Both the position numbers and the translations under genes were made by a program. Of a stretch of DNA of 64,000 nt, positions 47,790 to 57,875 are shown piece after piece (position 1 is the stretch's first letter; each line of letters opens with the position of its first letter). This stretch comes from Planctomycetota bacterium. GTDB lineage: Bacteria; Planctomycetota; SZUA-567; H5-PLA8. The notes beneath the pieces are model-generated. The model was not told the origin of the DNA. It ran no database searches and worked only from the letters and a program-made list of their open reading frames with translations. The DNA is taken from contig JBBRPR010000030.1 in the NCBI GenBank assembly GCA_038227875.1, positions 1-64,000 of the forward strand, in the 5' to 3' direction.

Positions 47790-48854
47790 CTACGCCACCT
47801 GGAACGTCTTCTTCAAGTCTTCCAGATTGTGCGTGTACTGCAGGGCGATGTCGTACGTGATCTTGCCGGATTTGTAGAGCTCCAGCAGCGACTGATTCAT
47901 CGTGCGCATGCCCGTCTTGTTTCCGGTCTGGATCGTCGAGTAGATCTGATGCACCTTGTCGTCGCGGATGTTGGCCCGGATGGCGTCGTTGGGAATCATG
48001 ATTTCCGGGCACAGGCAGCGGCCCTTGCCCACCGCCAGCGGGAGCAACTGCTGACAGAACACGCCTTCCAGCACGAACGACAACTGCGTGCGGATCTGAT
48101 TCTGCTGCTCGGCCGGGAAGACGTCGATGATACGATTGATGGTCTGCACGCAATTGGACGTATGCAGTGTGGCGAAGGTCAAATGGCCCGTCTCGGCCAG
48201 CGTCAATCCCAGTTCGATGGTTTCCTTATCTCGCATTTCACCGATCAGCACCACGTCCGGGTCCTGACGCAGCACGTGCTTCAGGGCCTGCGCAAAACTC
48301 TTCGTGTCCGGTCCGACTTCACGCTGATTGACCAGGCACTGTTTGTTGCGATGGACGAATTCGATCGGGTCTTCAATCGTGATGATGTGGTACTGGCCGT
48401 TGATGTTGATGTAGTCGATCATCGCCGCCAGCGTGGTCGACTTTCCCGAACCGGTCGCGCCGGTCACGAGGATCAGCCCTTTGGGCAGGTCGCAGAGTTT
48501 CTGGCAGACCTGCGCGGGCACGCCCAGCTTCTCGAACGTCGCGATTTCATAGGGAATCACGCGAATGGCCGTGCCGACTGCGCCGCGCTGATAGAACACG
48601 TTCACGCGGAATCGTCCGATGCCGGCGATGCCGAAACTCATGTCCAATTCTTTCTCGGATTCGAATTTCGCGATCTGTTCGTTGTCGAGAATCGAGTAGA
48701 TGATTTTCTGTGTGGTATCGGCGTCCATCATGTCGTGCTCAGTCGGCACCAGCGCGCCGTCGATGCGAATGCGCGGAGCGGAACCGGCGGTGATGTGCAA
48801 GTCGGATGACTTGCGTTCCATCATGACACGAAGCAATTCTTCAAGCGTAACCAT
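47790..48854 (-). CDS. pilT: Twitching motility retraction ATPase
   Basis: SDLHITAG, GATGSGKSTT, LRQDPD..GEMRD, AETGHL, AIRANIRD.K. Confidence 0.95.
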   Translation of the reverse strand: MVTLEELLRVMMERKSSDLHITAGSAPRIRIDGALVPTEHDMMDADTTQKIIYSILDNEQIAKFESEKELDMSFGIAGIGRFRVNVFYQRGAVGTAIRVIPYEIATFEKLGVPAQVCQKLCDLPKGLILVTGATGSGKSTTLAAMIDYININGQYHIITIEDPIEFVHRNKQCLVNQREVGPDTKSFAQALKHVLRQDPDVVLIGEMRDKETIELGLTLAETGHLTFATLHTSNCVQTINRIIDVFPAEQQNQIRTQLSFVLEGVFCQQLLPLAVGKGRCLCPEIMIPNDAIRANIRDDKVHQIYSTIQTGNKTGMRTMNQSLLELYKSGKITYDIALQYTHNLEDLKKTFQVA

Positions 48855-49099
48855 TGCTTAGGAAAGTCTCCGTAACCCTTTCAGAAACGCAAGAAAACAT
48901 CACAGGTGCACTTTGTTCATTAGGACTCCATGTTAGTAGCATTTCTTGCCGCGTATGTCAACAGGTAGACGCCGCGCAAGCGCGGATTCTGAAGGATTTA
49001 AATTGCGAAATGGCTGGGATTTCGGTCGTTTTAGCGCGCCGCCTGTCCCGAAGTCGCTGACGTCGCTGCACTCTGCGTCAACAACCTGCGGTACGGCAC

Positions 49100-49756
49100 T
49101 TACTTCTGTTGTACTTTCACGGTCCGGCCTTCAATTTTCAACCGCCCTTGCGCGACCAGTTGAATCGCCTCCGGATAAATCTCCCGCTCCGCAGCCTGAA
49201 CCCGCGCGGCCAGCGATTCCACCGTATCGTCGTCCAGCACCGGCACACTGCGCTGCGCCACGATCGGACCCTGATCGTATTCGTTGTCGACGAAGTGGAC
49301 CGTGCAGCCCGTGATCTTGCAGCCGGCCTTCAAGACCGATTCGTGAACCTTGTTTCCGTAGTAGCCCTTTCCGCCAAACGCCGGGAGCAGCGCCGGGTGA
49401 ATATTGATCACGCGGTGCGCGTACGCGTCGGGAATTTTCAAGAGCGACATGAACCCCGCCAGGCAGATCAGGTCCGGCTTGTACGGCGCCAGCGTCTCGA
49501 AAATCGCCGCGGAGAAATCTTCGGGCAGCACGAACTTCTTCCGTTCAACCACGTGCGCCGGAATGCCCCGCTTGCGCGCGCGCTCCAGGCCAAACGCGTC
49601 GGCGCGGCTGGACAACACCGCGACAATCTCCACGTCCAGCGCGCCCGCATCGCGCTTCTGGAAGAGATTTTCCAGCGTCGTACCCGAACCCGTCAACAAC
49701 ACCGCTATGCGCATCATCGAATTTTTCCCGACACTAGTCTTTTCGTTTCCACTCAT
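49100..49756 (-). CDS. purN: Phosphoribosylglycinamide formyltransferase
   Basis: GSGT.L, LAGFM, NIHPALLP.FGG.G, GCTVHFVD..YD.GPI; start may be 49717. Confidence 0.95.
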   Translation of the reverse strand: MSGNEKTSVGKNSMMRIAVLLTGSGTTLENLFQKRDAGALDVEIVAVLSSRADAFGLERARKRGIPAHVVERKKFVLPEDFSAAIFETLAPYKPDLICLAGFMSLLKIPDAYAHRVINIHPALLPAFGGKGYYGNKVHESVLKAGCKITGCTVHFVDNEYDQGPIVAQRSVPVLDDDTVESLAARVQAAEREIYPEAIQLVAQGRLKIEGRTVKVQQK

Positions 49757-50729
49757 CCCTGCCCTTCAAGTGGGACGAAAAGTCTACTTTGCGCGATGAA
49801 AATTGCAGGTCATATTCCAACTCTGCGCCCGTCAACGCCAGTGTGCGGATATCGCGCGTCAACCTTCCATGGATCGCGATTTTCACACTGGCCTCCGCGA
49901 TGGGGATTCCGCCCCACGTAAAGCCGGTTGGAATCTCCTCGCTGCTTTCGCCGGTAAACCTGATCTCGGCCGTGCGATTGGAGTCCAGACGATCGACGCG
50001 ATACGTGAATTTCACCAGCGCCTCGCCGTGCAGCGGTGCGGGACTCGGAGCACGCGCCGTCTGGTGGAAGGTCGCACCGTCGTACAGCGTGGTGGGAATC
50101 GGCGGCAGCAGCAGTTCCACCTGGCGGTCGAACATCACCGCTTCGGCGAGGGGCTCCAGAAGCCCGTCCGCTGTGATCGCCGCACGGGAATTGCCCTCGG
50201 CATCCCACGTCAGTTCGGCGAGAGGAGTGGCCGCCGCGCGTTGCAGCACGTCGCGGTCGCCGGGCTTGCCATCGCGCAGAAACTCGCGCAACTTTTTCTC
50301 GCCGCGCGATTCGGTGTAGCCGTCCTTGTCGAACTTGAAATCCCAGCGCGTTCCGTCTGCGTTCTTGATGAATCCTTCAGCGCCCAACGGTCTGGCAAGC
50401 GTCCTGGCGGCGGACGCGTCGTCTTCAAGTTTCACACGCAGCGTCAATTCCGCGGCGCCCCGGTCTTTGTAATCCACGCGCCGTCCGGCAAAGATCGTTT
50501 CGCTCACAGCTGTATGAGTAATGTCAAATTTCTCCGGCCGGCGAAAGAGCCAGGCGGGAGCGCCATGCGATGAATCGGGGGTTGTGGGCGTGACGGAAAT
50601 CGCAGGAGACGTCGGGAGCAGCGGGTGTGCGGTTTCGGGCTTCTCTTCAGCGCTCGCAGACAGGGACGCGATTGAAAAAATCGCGGCCATCAACACGATG
50701 GCCGCACACAAATCCGAAGCGACGCGCAT
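49734..50729 (-). CDS. Exported hypothetical protein
   Basis: Signal peptide ending in ASA; overlaps purN start region. Confidence 0.6.
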   Translation of the reverse strand: MRVASDLCAAIVLMAAIFSIASLSASAEEKPETAHPLLPTSPAISVTPTTPDSSHGAPAWLFRRPEKFDITHTAVSETIFAGRRVDYKDRGAAELTLRVKLEDDASAARTLARPLGAEGFIKNADGTRWDFKFDKDGYTESRGEKKLREFLRDGKPGDRDVLQRAAATPLAELTWDAEGNSRAAITADGLLEPLAEAVMFDRQVELLLPPIPTTLYDGATFHQTARAPSPAPLHGEALVKFTYRVDRLDSNRTAEIRFTGESSEEIPTGFTWGGIPIAEASVKIAIHGRLTRDIRTLALTGAELEYDLQFSSRKVDFSSHLKGRDEWKRKD

Positions 50730-50795
50730 GAACTGTCTCCCGTGATCTCGGCAAGACGCTTCGCGCTCCGCCGCTCTTCACGGATAAACAGGCAT

Positions 50796-51071
50796 TTATT
50801 TCACGGGTGTGGCGAAATCGAGTTCGCGCACAACCGTTGCGGTGTCGGCCGGCGTCAATTCCAGGTATTTGAGAGACAACCACGCGCGCATTGTGATCGG
50901 TTGAGCCCCGTCCGATAGCACAGGCAACAAACCGCCCAGATAACGCACTATCAGCGCTTTCGAGACAAGGTACCGCTGGTCACACAGCGGGCAGACCACA
51001 ATAGCATTCTTCAGGACCTTCTGATACGGAACGTCCAAGCTGGCTTCACACGACTTGCATTCGATACGCAT
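50796..51071 (-). CDS. Small zinc-ribbon protein
   Basis: MRIECKSC...VVCPLC; GGAG RBS. Confidence 0.6.
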   Translation of the reverse strand: MRIECKSCEASLDVPYQKVLKNAIVVCPLCDQRYLVSKALIVRYLGGLLPVLSDGAQPITMRAWLSLKYLELTPADTATVVRELDFATPVK

Positions 51072-51275
51072 AGTTATCTCCAATTCGTTTCGTCCGGAGA
51101 CGTAGAACGCAAGTCAAAGTCCAACCCATAACCCTCACGACCACGTGGGACGAGGATTATTTGCTGAGTGAAAATGAGTCAGAATGCAGCTGAAAATTGA
51201 ATGCGCGCACGCGGATGCTTCGCGCGGAGCGGACATGGCAAAATGTGCAGTCTGCGTAAATTCCAGCAATTATTT

Positions 51276-54200
51276 TTACGGGAACGTCAGCGCCGGCGCC
51301 GCGCGGTTGACGGCGCCCGCATTGTCGACATAGATCAACTGCGACTGTCCGGTCGGCACATTGATCGCACGTCCATTGATGGACGTGATCGCGAACCCTG
51401 TGGAATTTTTGATCGCCACCATCTGGCCGTTGGCCATTCCATTAAGCGTCAGAGTGAATGTCGCCGCCACACCGCCGGCGGTCAGATCCACTTCCGATAC
51501 GCCAGCAGCCGTAGCCACCGTGTTACCCGCCACCGCGATCGGCAGCGTCGACGCCAGCAGCGCTGTGCCGGTCGCATCCGGCAGCGTCACCGTGCGATTG
51601 GCCGTGACCGCCGCCGGCTTCAGACCCACGGTGAACGTCGCCGCCGGATTCTGCACCAGCAAACCCGCGTTGTTGACCGTCACGCCCGCGCTGAACGTCT
51701 TCGCGCCTGTGAACGTCTGCGCCGTGCCCAAAGTCGCGACCGTATCATTCGCGCCGAGCAGCGGAACGCTCAACACCCGGTTGGCCGTCTCCGCCGCCGG
51801 ACGGACATTGACCGTAAACGTGCCCGCCGGATTCTGCACCAGCAGTCCCGTGTTTGAGAACGTCTTGGCGCCCGTGAACGTCTGCGCCGTGCCCAAGGTC
51901 GCGAGCGTGTCATTGGCGCCGAGCAACGGAACGCTCAACACCCGATTGGCCGTCTCCGCCGCCGGACGGACATTGACTGTGAACGTACCTGCGGGATTCT
52001 GCACCAGCAGTCCTGTGTTCGTAAACGTATTCGTATTCAAAAAGACATTCGCGCCATTCTTCAGCGGAATGTTCACCGACAGCGCCGTATCCGCCACGGA
52101 CGTGTTCGGCAGAGTCAGTGCTCCCGCGACCGTCAATCCGCCGCTGGCCGTGGTCAGCGCGTTGAATGTCTTTGCGCCCGTGAATGTCTGCGCCGTGCCC
52201 AACGTCGCGATCGTGTCATTCGCGCCCAGCAACGGCACGCTCAAGACCCGGCTGGCCGTCTCGGCTGCCGGTCGCACATTGACCGTAAATGTGCCCGCCG
52301 GATTCTGCACCAGAAGCCCCGTGTTCGTAAACGTCGCATTGTTCGAGAAGACGTTGGCGTTGGTAAACGTGTTCGCCCCGTTCTTCAACGCCACGTTCGC
52401 CGACAACGCCGTATCCGCCACGGACGTGTTCGGCAGAGTCAGTGCTCCCGCCACCGTCAATCCGCCGCTGGCCGTGGTCAGCGCGCTGAACGTCTTCGCG
52501 CCCGTGAACGTCTGCGCCGTGCCCAACGTGGCGACCGTATCGTTCGCGCCGAGCAGCGGAACGCTCAGCACCCGGTTAGCAGTCTCGGCCGCCGGACGGA
52601 CATTGACCGTGAACGTGCCGGCCGGATTCTGCACCAGCAAACCGGTGTTGTTGAACGTGTTCGTGCTGGTGAAAACATTTGCGCCATTCTTCAACGCCAC
52701 GTTGACCGAAAGCGCCGTATCAGCCACCGACGTATTCGGCAGCGTCAGTGCTCCAGTCACCGTCAGCCCATTACTGGCCTTCAACAGTCCCGCCGAAGTA
52801 ATCGTGCCCGCGCCCGTAGTCGCAATGTTTCCTGTCGTGCTGATGGCAATGTTCGCCGCCAGATTCGTGCCGGCGATCGTGGCGTTCGCGATCTTTGCGC
52901 CTGTCACCGCGCCTGCGGCAATCGTGTTCGCATTGCCCGGACCCGTCACATCACCCGCCAAGATAACGCCGGAAGCCACCGCGCTGATCACGCCGCCCGC
53001 AATGGTGATCGAAACGCCGTCCGGCCGCACCGCGCCCACCGCTGCGCCTGTAGCCAACGGCAGACGCGCCACGGGGACTGTGCCATTCGTAAGTTGCGTG
53101 GCGTTAAGCGCAGTAAGCAGCGACCCGTTTCCCGTCGCCGTTCCGCTGAAGGTCAAGTTGCCCGCGTTGTTGACGCTGAAATACTTCGTCGCGCCGCCGG
53201 AGTTTGTAACCGAAAACACATCCTGAGCCGGAGCTCCTGCCGACGTCTGCCGCACGCTCAGGCCTGTCACATTCGTCGCACCCGGATTGACCACATTTGC
53301 GTTCGTGAACGTCTGCGCCGCATTCAGCAGCGCCACATTGCCCGACAAGGCCGTATCCGCCACCGACGTGTTCGGCAGCGTCACCGCGCCGGTCACCGTC
53401 AGCCCATTGCTCGCCTTGAGCAGCCCCGCCGACGTAATCGTGCCCGCGCCGGTCGTCGCAATGTTGCCTGTCGTACTGATCGAAATCCCCGACGCCAGAT
53501 TCGCGCCAGTCACCTTCCCCGCCCCAATCGTGTTCGCGTTAGCCGGTCCGGAAACATCGCCCGACAAGTTGATGCCCGCCGCCGACGCACTGATCACGCC
53601 GCCGGCCACCGTGATCGTCGTGCCGTCCGCCTGCAACGCTCCCGGAGCCGCGGTCGTACCCAGCGGCAACCGTGCCACTGGCACCAGGCCAGACGCCAGC
53701 GCCGCAGCATCCAGCGACGTCAACCCTGAACCGTTGCCGCTCAACACACCGCTCACCGACGTGTTGCCAGACTTGTCGACATTCAAGTACTTCGTCGCGC
53801 CGGTCGTATCGGTCACCGAGAACACATTCAGCGACGGCGTCGCCGCCGACGTCTGCTTCACCACGACGCTCGATAGATCCGCCACGCCCGGGTCGAACGT
53901 GTTGGTCTTCGAGAACGTCTGTGCCGCGTCCAGCAGCGCCACATTCGCCGACAACGCGCTGTCCGCCACGGAATTGTTCGGCAGCGTCAAGCTTCCGCCG
54001 CTGAGCGTGAGGCCGTTGCTCGCCGTCAGCAAGCCCGTCGACGTCGTGGATCCAGCGACAGCCAGACTGCCGCTGGCTGACGTGTTGCCGGACTTGTCGA
54101 CGTTCAAGTATTTCGTCGCGCCGGTCGTATCGGTCACCGAAAACACATCCAGCGACGGCGTCACCGCCGAGGTCTGCTTCACCACGACGCTCGACAGATC

Positions 54201-55550
54201 CGCCGCACCGGGATCGAACGTATTGGTCATCGAGAACGTCTGCGCCGCATTCAGCAGAGCCACATTCGCCGACAGCGCGCTATCCGCCACGGAACTGTTC
54301 GGCAGCGTCAAGCTTCCGCCGCTGAGCGTCAGCCCATTACTGGCCGTCAACAATCCCGCCGACGTGACCTTGCCTGCACCGGTCGTGCTCACATCGCCGG
54401 TGGTGCTGATGGAAATGTTGGGATCAAGATTGCCACCTGTAATCGTGCCGGCCGCGATCTTCGTGCCTGTCACCGCTCCCGCTGTGATCGAGTTCGCGTT
54501 CGCTGCGCCGGTCACGTCGCCATTTAAATTGATGCCAGCCGGGTTGGCCGTAATCACGCTGCCTGCGATGGTAATCGATGTCCCGTCCGGCTGGACCACA
54601 CCGTTGCTCGCCGTCGTCGCCACCGGCAACCGCGCGCTGGCCACAGTTCCTGACGCGATCGCCGATCCATTCAGATTCGCCAGACCTGAACCGTCGCCGC
54701 TGAGCACCCCGCTGACCGACGCATTGCCCGCTTTGTCGATGCTGAAATACTTCGTCGCGCCCGTGCTGTTCGTGACTGAGAACACATCGCTTGCCGGCGC
54801 GCCCGCCGACGTCTGCTTCACCACCAGGCCCGTCACGTTGCCGCTGCCCGGGTTGATCACATTGGCGTTGGTGAATGTTTGCGCCGCGTTGAGCAGCGCC
54901 ACGTTGCTGGACAACGCCACGTCCGGAATCGATCCCGAAAGCGGTGTCAGGTATGACCACTGCGCGCCGCCGTTGCCGTCGGCCACCAGGCTCATCCCCG
55001 GAGAGGCCTGCTGCGATCCGACCTTGGCCGTCGTCACCGCGTTGTCCGCCAGTTTCGGCGTCGTCACTGAGCCGTCGGCCAGCGTCAGCGTGCCTACCGC
55101 ACCGTTGCCGATCTTCGGGCCCGTCACCGCGCCGTCGACAATGTCGCCGGTGGCAATCGCCGTTGGCGGTGTCGCGCCTGCGCCCACCGTTGCGGGAAGA
55201 TTCAACACGCTGAACTGCTGCAACGTGTACATGACTTCAATGCGAAACGAATCGCTCGGTACCGAGCCAATGCCCGGCGTGTCGGACGCAATCAGCTTCT
55301 GATCGGCAAGCACGCGCAAAATCGCGCCGCGGACCGCCGCCGTCGGAGGCCGAATGCGCCCCACCACGCCCACGACCGTCGCGATCTTGAACTCGCTGAG
55401 GATCATTGCCACCTGCCCCTGCAGCCGTACGTTCACACGGGTGGGCAGCACGATCATCGGTGGCTTGGTTGCATCCGCCCCTAAGAGGGGCGCACACGAT
55501 CCGGCGATTCCTGCCAGACTCATTGTCAAAATTGCGACTGCGACACGCAT
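51276..55550 (-). CDS. Large repeat-rich secreted adhesin/fibre-like protein
   Basis: Signal peptide; multiple internal repeats (VADTALS.NVAL.N.A.TFT; GLLVQNPAGTFTV..AAETANRVLSVPLLGANDT; AVT..KIA). Confidence 0.8.
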   Translation of the reverse strand: MRVAVAILTMSLAGIAGSCAPLLGADATKPPMIVLPTRVNVRLQGQVAMILSEFKIATVVGVVGRIRPPTAAVRGAILRVLADQKLIASDTPGIGSVPSDSFRIEVMYTLQQFSVLNLPATVGAGATPPTAIATGDIVDGAVTGPKIGNGAVGTLTLADGSVTTPKLADNAVTTAKVGSQQASPGMSLVADGNGGAQWSYLTPLSGSIPDVALSSNVALLNAAQTFTNANVINPGSGNVTGLVVKQTSAGAPASDVFSVTNSTGATKYFSIDKAGNASVSGVLSGDGSGLANLNGSAIASGTVASARLPVATTASNGVVQPDGTSITIAGSVITANPAGINLNGDVTGAANANSITAGAVTGTKIAAGTITGGNLDPNISISTTGDVSTTGAGKVTSAGLLTASNGLTLSGGSLTLPNSSVADSALSANVALLNAAQTFSMTNTFDPGAADLSSVVVKQTSAVTPSLDVFSVTDTTGATKYLNVDKSGNTSASGSLAVAGSTTSTGLLTASNGLTLSGGSLTLPNNSVADSALSANVALLDAAQTFSKTNTFDPGVADLSSVVVKQTSAATPSLNVFSVTDTTGATKYLNVDKSGNTSVSGVLSGNGSGLTSLDAAALASGLVPVARLPLGTTAAPGALQADGTTITVAGGVISASAAGINLSGDVSGPANANTIGAGKVTGANLASGISISTTGNIATTGAGTITSAGLLKASNGLTVTGAVTLPNTSVADTALSGNVALLNAAQTFTNANVVNPGATNVTGLSVRQTSAGAPAQDVFSVTNSGGATKYFSVNNAGNLTFSGTATGNGSLLTALNATQLTNGTVPVARLPLATGAAVGAVRPDGVSITIAGGVISAVASGVILAGDVTGPGNANTIAAGAVTGAKIANATIAGTNLAANIAISTTGNIATTGAGTITSAGLLKASNGLTVTGALTLPNTSVADTALSVNVALKNGANVFTSTNTFNNTGLLVQNPAGTFTVNVRPAAETANRVLSVPLLGANDTVATLGTAQTFTGAKTFSALTTASGGLTVAGALTLPNTSVADTALSANVALKNGANTFTNANVFSNNATFTNTGLLVQNPAGTFTVNVRPAAETASRVLSVPLLGANDTIATLGTAQTFTGAKTFNALTTASGGLTVAGALTLPNTSVADTALSVNIPLKNGANVFLNTNTFTNTGLLVQNPAGTFTVNVRPAAETANRVLSVPLLGANDTLATLGTAQTFTGAKTFSNTGLLVQNPAGTFTVNVRPAAETANRVLSVPLLGANDTVATLGTAQTFTGAKTFSAGVTVNNAGLLVQNPAATFTVGLKPAAVTANRTVTLPDATGTALLASTLPIAVAGNTVATAAGVSEVDLTAGGVAATFTLTLNGMANGQMVAIKNSTGFAITSINGRAINVPTGQSQLIYVDNAGAVNRAAPALTFP

Positions 55551-55685
55551 GACCGTCTCCTTCAAACTGACCCGCCGAACTTTCCGGTTTACGGAAACTT
55601 CGACTGCTAACGCATGAGCTTGGTTGCTAAATGAATCAATTGCGCGGGTGCAAGCGGCGCAAAAATCGACTATGTATTGGATATC

Positions 55686-55701
55686 TGCAATTTCACGGCC
55701 A
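55686..55701 (-). promoter_or_regulatory. Sigma54 (-24/-12) promoter for the adhesin gene
   Basis: Minus strand reads TGGCCGTGAAATTGCA (GG-N10-GC) about 135 bp upstream of the start. Confidence 0.6.
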
Positions 55702-56050
55702 AGCTTGAGGGATCAGTTAAGTGACAGCCCTTGCGGGAGTTACTAGCGCGCCTAGTGCAGTAAGGTTTACTCTAAAAACAAAAATCTCCGGTTGATTCCC
55801 AATTATGGAATTGGGAAGAGCACAGTTGGCCAACTTGGACATCGTCAACCTTGTCGGTTCAAATCTATATATTGTGGTGGTATTTAAAGAGTGTTCCCAG
55901 CTATTGTGGATAAGGAAAATTTTCCTTAAGCTACGGCTGTGCGATGATATTTGAGCGGTTGATTTGCCGCGCCGTCGTCCGATTTCAATCGTATCAGCGC
56001 GGCGTCGGTGCTATTCTTCGCGAAGCATCCGTGTGAACAAGGAATCAATC

Positions 56051-56572
56051 ATGCGAACCGCCCTCACCCTGACCCTGACTCTGCTCCTCAGCGCTGTGAC
56101 GCTCAACGCCAGCGCCGCGCAGGACGCGCCGGCGAAAGTCATCAGCCACGGCCAGGCCGTTGATCTCAAAAGTGTGCTCGCCGCCGACAAGAACACCGTC
56201 TTCGAATTCTACGCCGATTGGTGAGGCGCCTGCCGCGTCATGGGGCCTCAGTTTGAGGCCGCCGCCAAAAAACGGAGCGATCTGACGCTCGTCCGCGTCG
56301 ACATCAACAACTGGGACAGCGCCGTCGCGCGCCAGTTCTCGATTCAATCGCTGCCGAATCTGATTCTCTATAACCCGCAGGGTGAGGTGCTCAAGCGCGG
56401 CCGAGCGGCCGTGGGCCACGAACTGATGCCCGCCCAGATCGCCGACGGGAGCGATGAAAGTTCAGGCGGCGATTTCAACGGCTGGCTGATCGTCATCCCC
56501 GCGCTGGCCGGATTCCTGCTGCTGCTGTTCGTGCTCACCAAAGCCTTGGGACCGAAGCGCCGCACGCTATAA
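56051..56572 (+). CDS. Exported, C-terminally anchored thioredoxin-like selenoprotein (W-U-G-A-C)
   Basis: In-frame TGA 56222-56224 sits at the first Cys position of 'FYADW*GAC'; the thioredoxin fold continues in frame (VRVDI...F.I.SLP); SECIS-like hairpin downstream. Confidence 0.85.
56225..56266 (+). promoter_or_regulatory. Putative bacterial SECIS element
   Basis: ggcctca-gtt-tgaggcc (56244-56260), with apical G about 27 nt after the UGA. Confidence 0.6.
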
Positions 56573-57694
56573 TCACGGCTTGAGCCGGATGCGATCCGCG
56601 CCGACCCATTCATCCCATTCCTTGCCGTAACCGTCGTAGGTGATGAAGTATTTCTTCTCCTCGGCGTTCACTTTCAACACTTTCGCCGGCCACCAGCGGT
56701 GGTGCCATTCCACCTGCGCCTTCGAACCGACTTTCAGTTCCGTCGGGGCCTTCCCCGCGGCAAACGCGCGCACGTCCTTCTCCGCGACCCAATCTTCCTC
56801 ACGCGCCACGGTCGTGGCGTAGCGGACGTGCAGTTTGCCATCCTTCACGTCTTCCACCAGCGCCCGGTACCAGTCGCCTTCGTACAACACCTCGACATGC
56901 TCGCCGATGCGCTTGTCGCTCTTTTTCTCAGCGACCGCGAGCTTGAACTCCGGCGGCAACTTCCCACCGCGCGACGCCGCCGCCGTCTGCTCATCAAAAA
57001 ACCGCATCTCCCCGCGGATGTACTTCGCCGCCTCGTCAAACGTGACCGCACCGTCGCCATCCAGATCCGCCTGCGGCTTGCCTTCCAGCACATCCAGGAG
57101 GCTGTCGCTGAAGGTCCAGTTGCCCGTCGACGTCGCACCGCCGGTCACCGACGTCAATACCGCGTAATCGATCGGGCCCTTCTGAGTCTTCGCGAGGTCG
57201 GCCATCACGCCCGATTCGCAGCAATCCGCCAGCAGCACCGCGCGCTTGCCGTGAAAATTCTCCTCCAGCGACTCAAAGATCGACGGAATGCCCCACGCCG
57301 TATCGTAAGCGTCGTACGTCGCGAAGTACGTCACGCCATTGTCGCCCTTGTACCCATGCCCGCAGAAATACAGAAAGAGCGTGTCGCCCTTCTCCGCTTT
57401 GGCCGCGAAGGTCTTCAGTGCCGCCTCGACCGCCGCCGTGGTTGCGGCGCGGTCCTGGAGCAGTTTCACATGATCCGCCGGCACGCCGAGCGTCTTGAAC
57501 TCTTCCACTAAAAGCGAATCCCGCCGCCCCGCCTTGGGAAATGAGTGAAGAAAATCCGGATGCTTCCACTCGAGCAACCCCACCACAAACACCCACGATT
57601 TCGCAGGCGCCCAATCCGTTTCCGCCGCCCGAACCGCGTCAATCGAACACGACAGCGCCATCAGCGCGCAGAGCATCAGCATGATTTTTTTCAT
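56573..57694 (-). CDS. Exported caspase-family (C14) protease with two Tudor/Agenet-like domains
   Basis: Signal peptide; YFCGHG, LADCCESG; VEV...GDWY.A.V and VEW...WWPAKV...Y.ITYDGYG.EWDEWV...RIR. Confidence 0.85.
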   Translation of the reverse strand: MKKIMLMLCALMALSCSIDAVRAAETDWAPAKSWVFVVGLLEWKHPDFLHSFPKAGRRDSLLVEEFKTLGVPADHVKLLQDRAATTAAVEAALKTFAAKAEKGDTLFLYFCGHGYKGDNGVTYFATYDAYDTAWGIPSIFESLEENFHGKRAVLLADCCESGVMADLAKTQKGPIDYAVLTSVTGGATSTGNWTFSDSLLDVLEGKPQADLDGDGAVTFDEAAKYIRGEMRFFDEQTAAASRGGKLPPEFKLAVAEKKSDKRIGEHVEVLYEGDWYRALVEDVKDGKLHVRYATTVAREEDWVAEKDVRAFAAGKAPTELKVGSKAQVEWHHRWWPAKVLKVNAEEKKYFITYDGYGKEWDEWVGADRIRLKP

Positions 57695-57875
57695 GCAGCC
57701 GTTCTCAGGGAAGTGAGCGAATTTTTCAACAGGGAAGTAGTCATCACAAAAAAATTGACAAACCCAATTCCGCAGGGTTAGTTACTTTCGAAACCATTGC
57801 GGTCCCGAATCTATCTGAACAACAGTGATTCTGAAGTGTTCGGCACGACCCAGATACAAAAACGAAAGCACGATC

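Noticed and set aside
51560..54360. CRISPR array or DGR template/variable repeats
   Set aside because: Repeats are in-frame coding units differing mostly at synonymous sites; no spacers, cas genes or reverse transcriptase in the window.
51361..55302. Long plus-strand ORFs (621 and 671 aa)
   Set aside because: Antisense shadows of the repeat adhesin, arising from its codon bias.
55964..56572. Thioredoxin pseudogene or two separate ORFs
   Set aside because: The stop is TGA exactly at the catalytic Cys, both halves are intact and in frame, and a SECIS-like hairpin follows; Sec recoding is more parsimonious.
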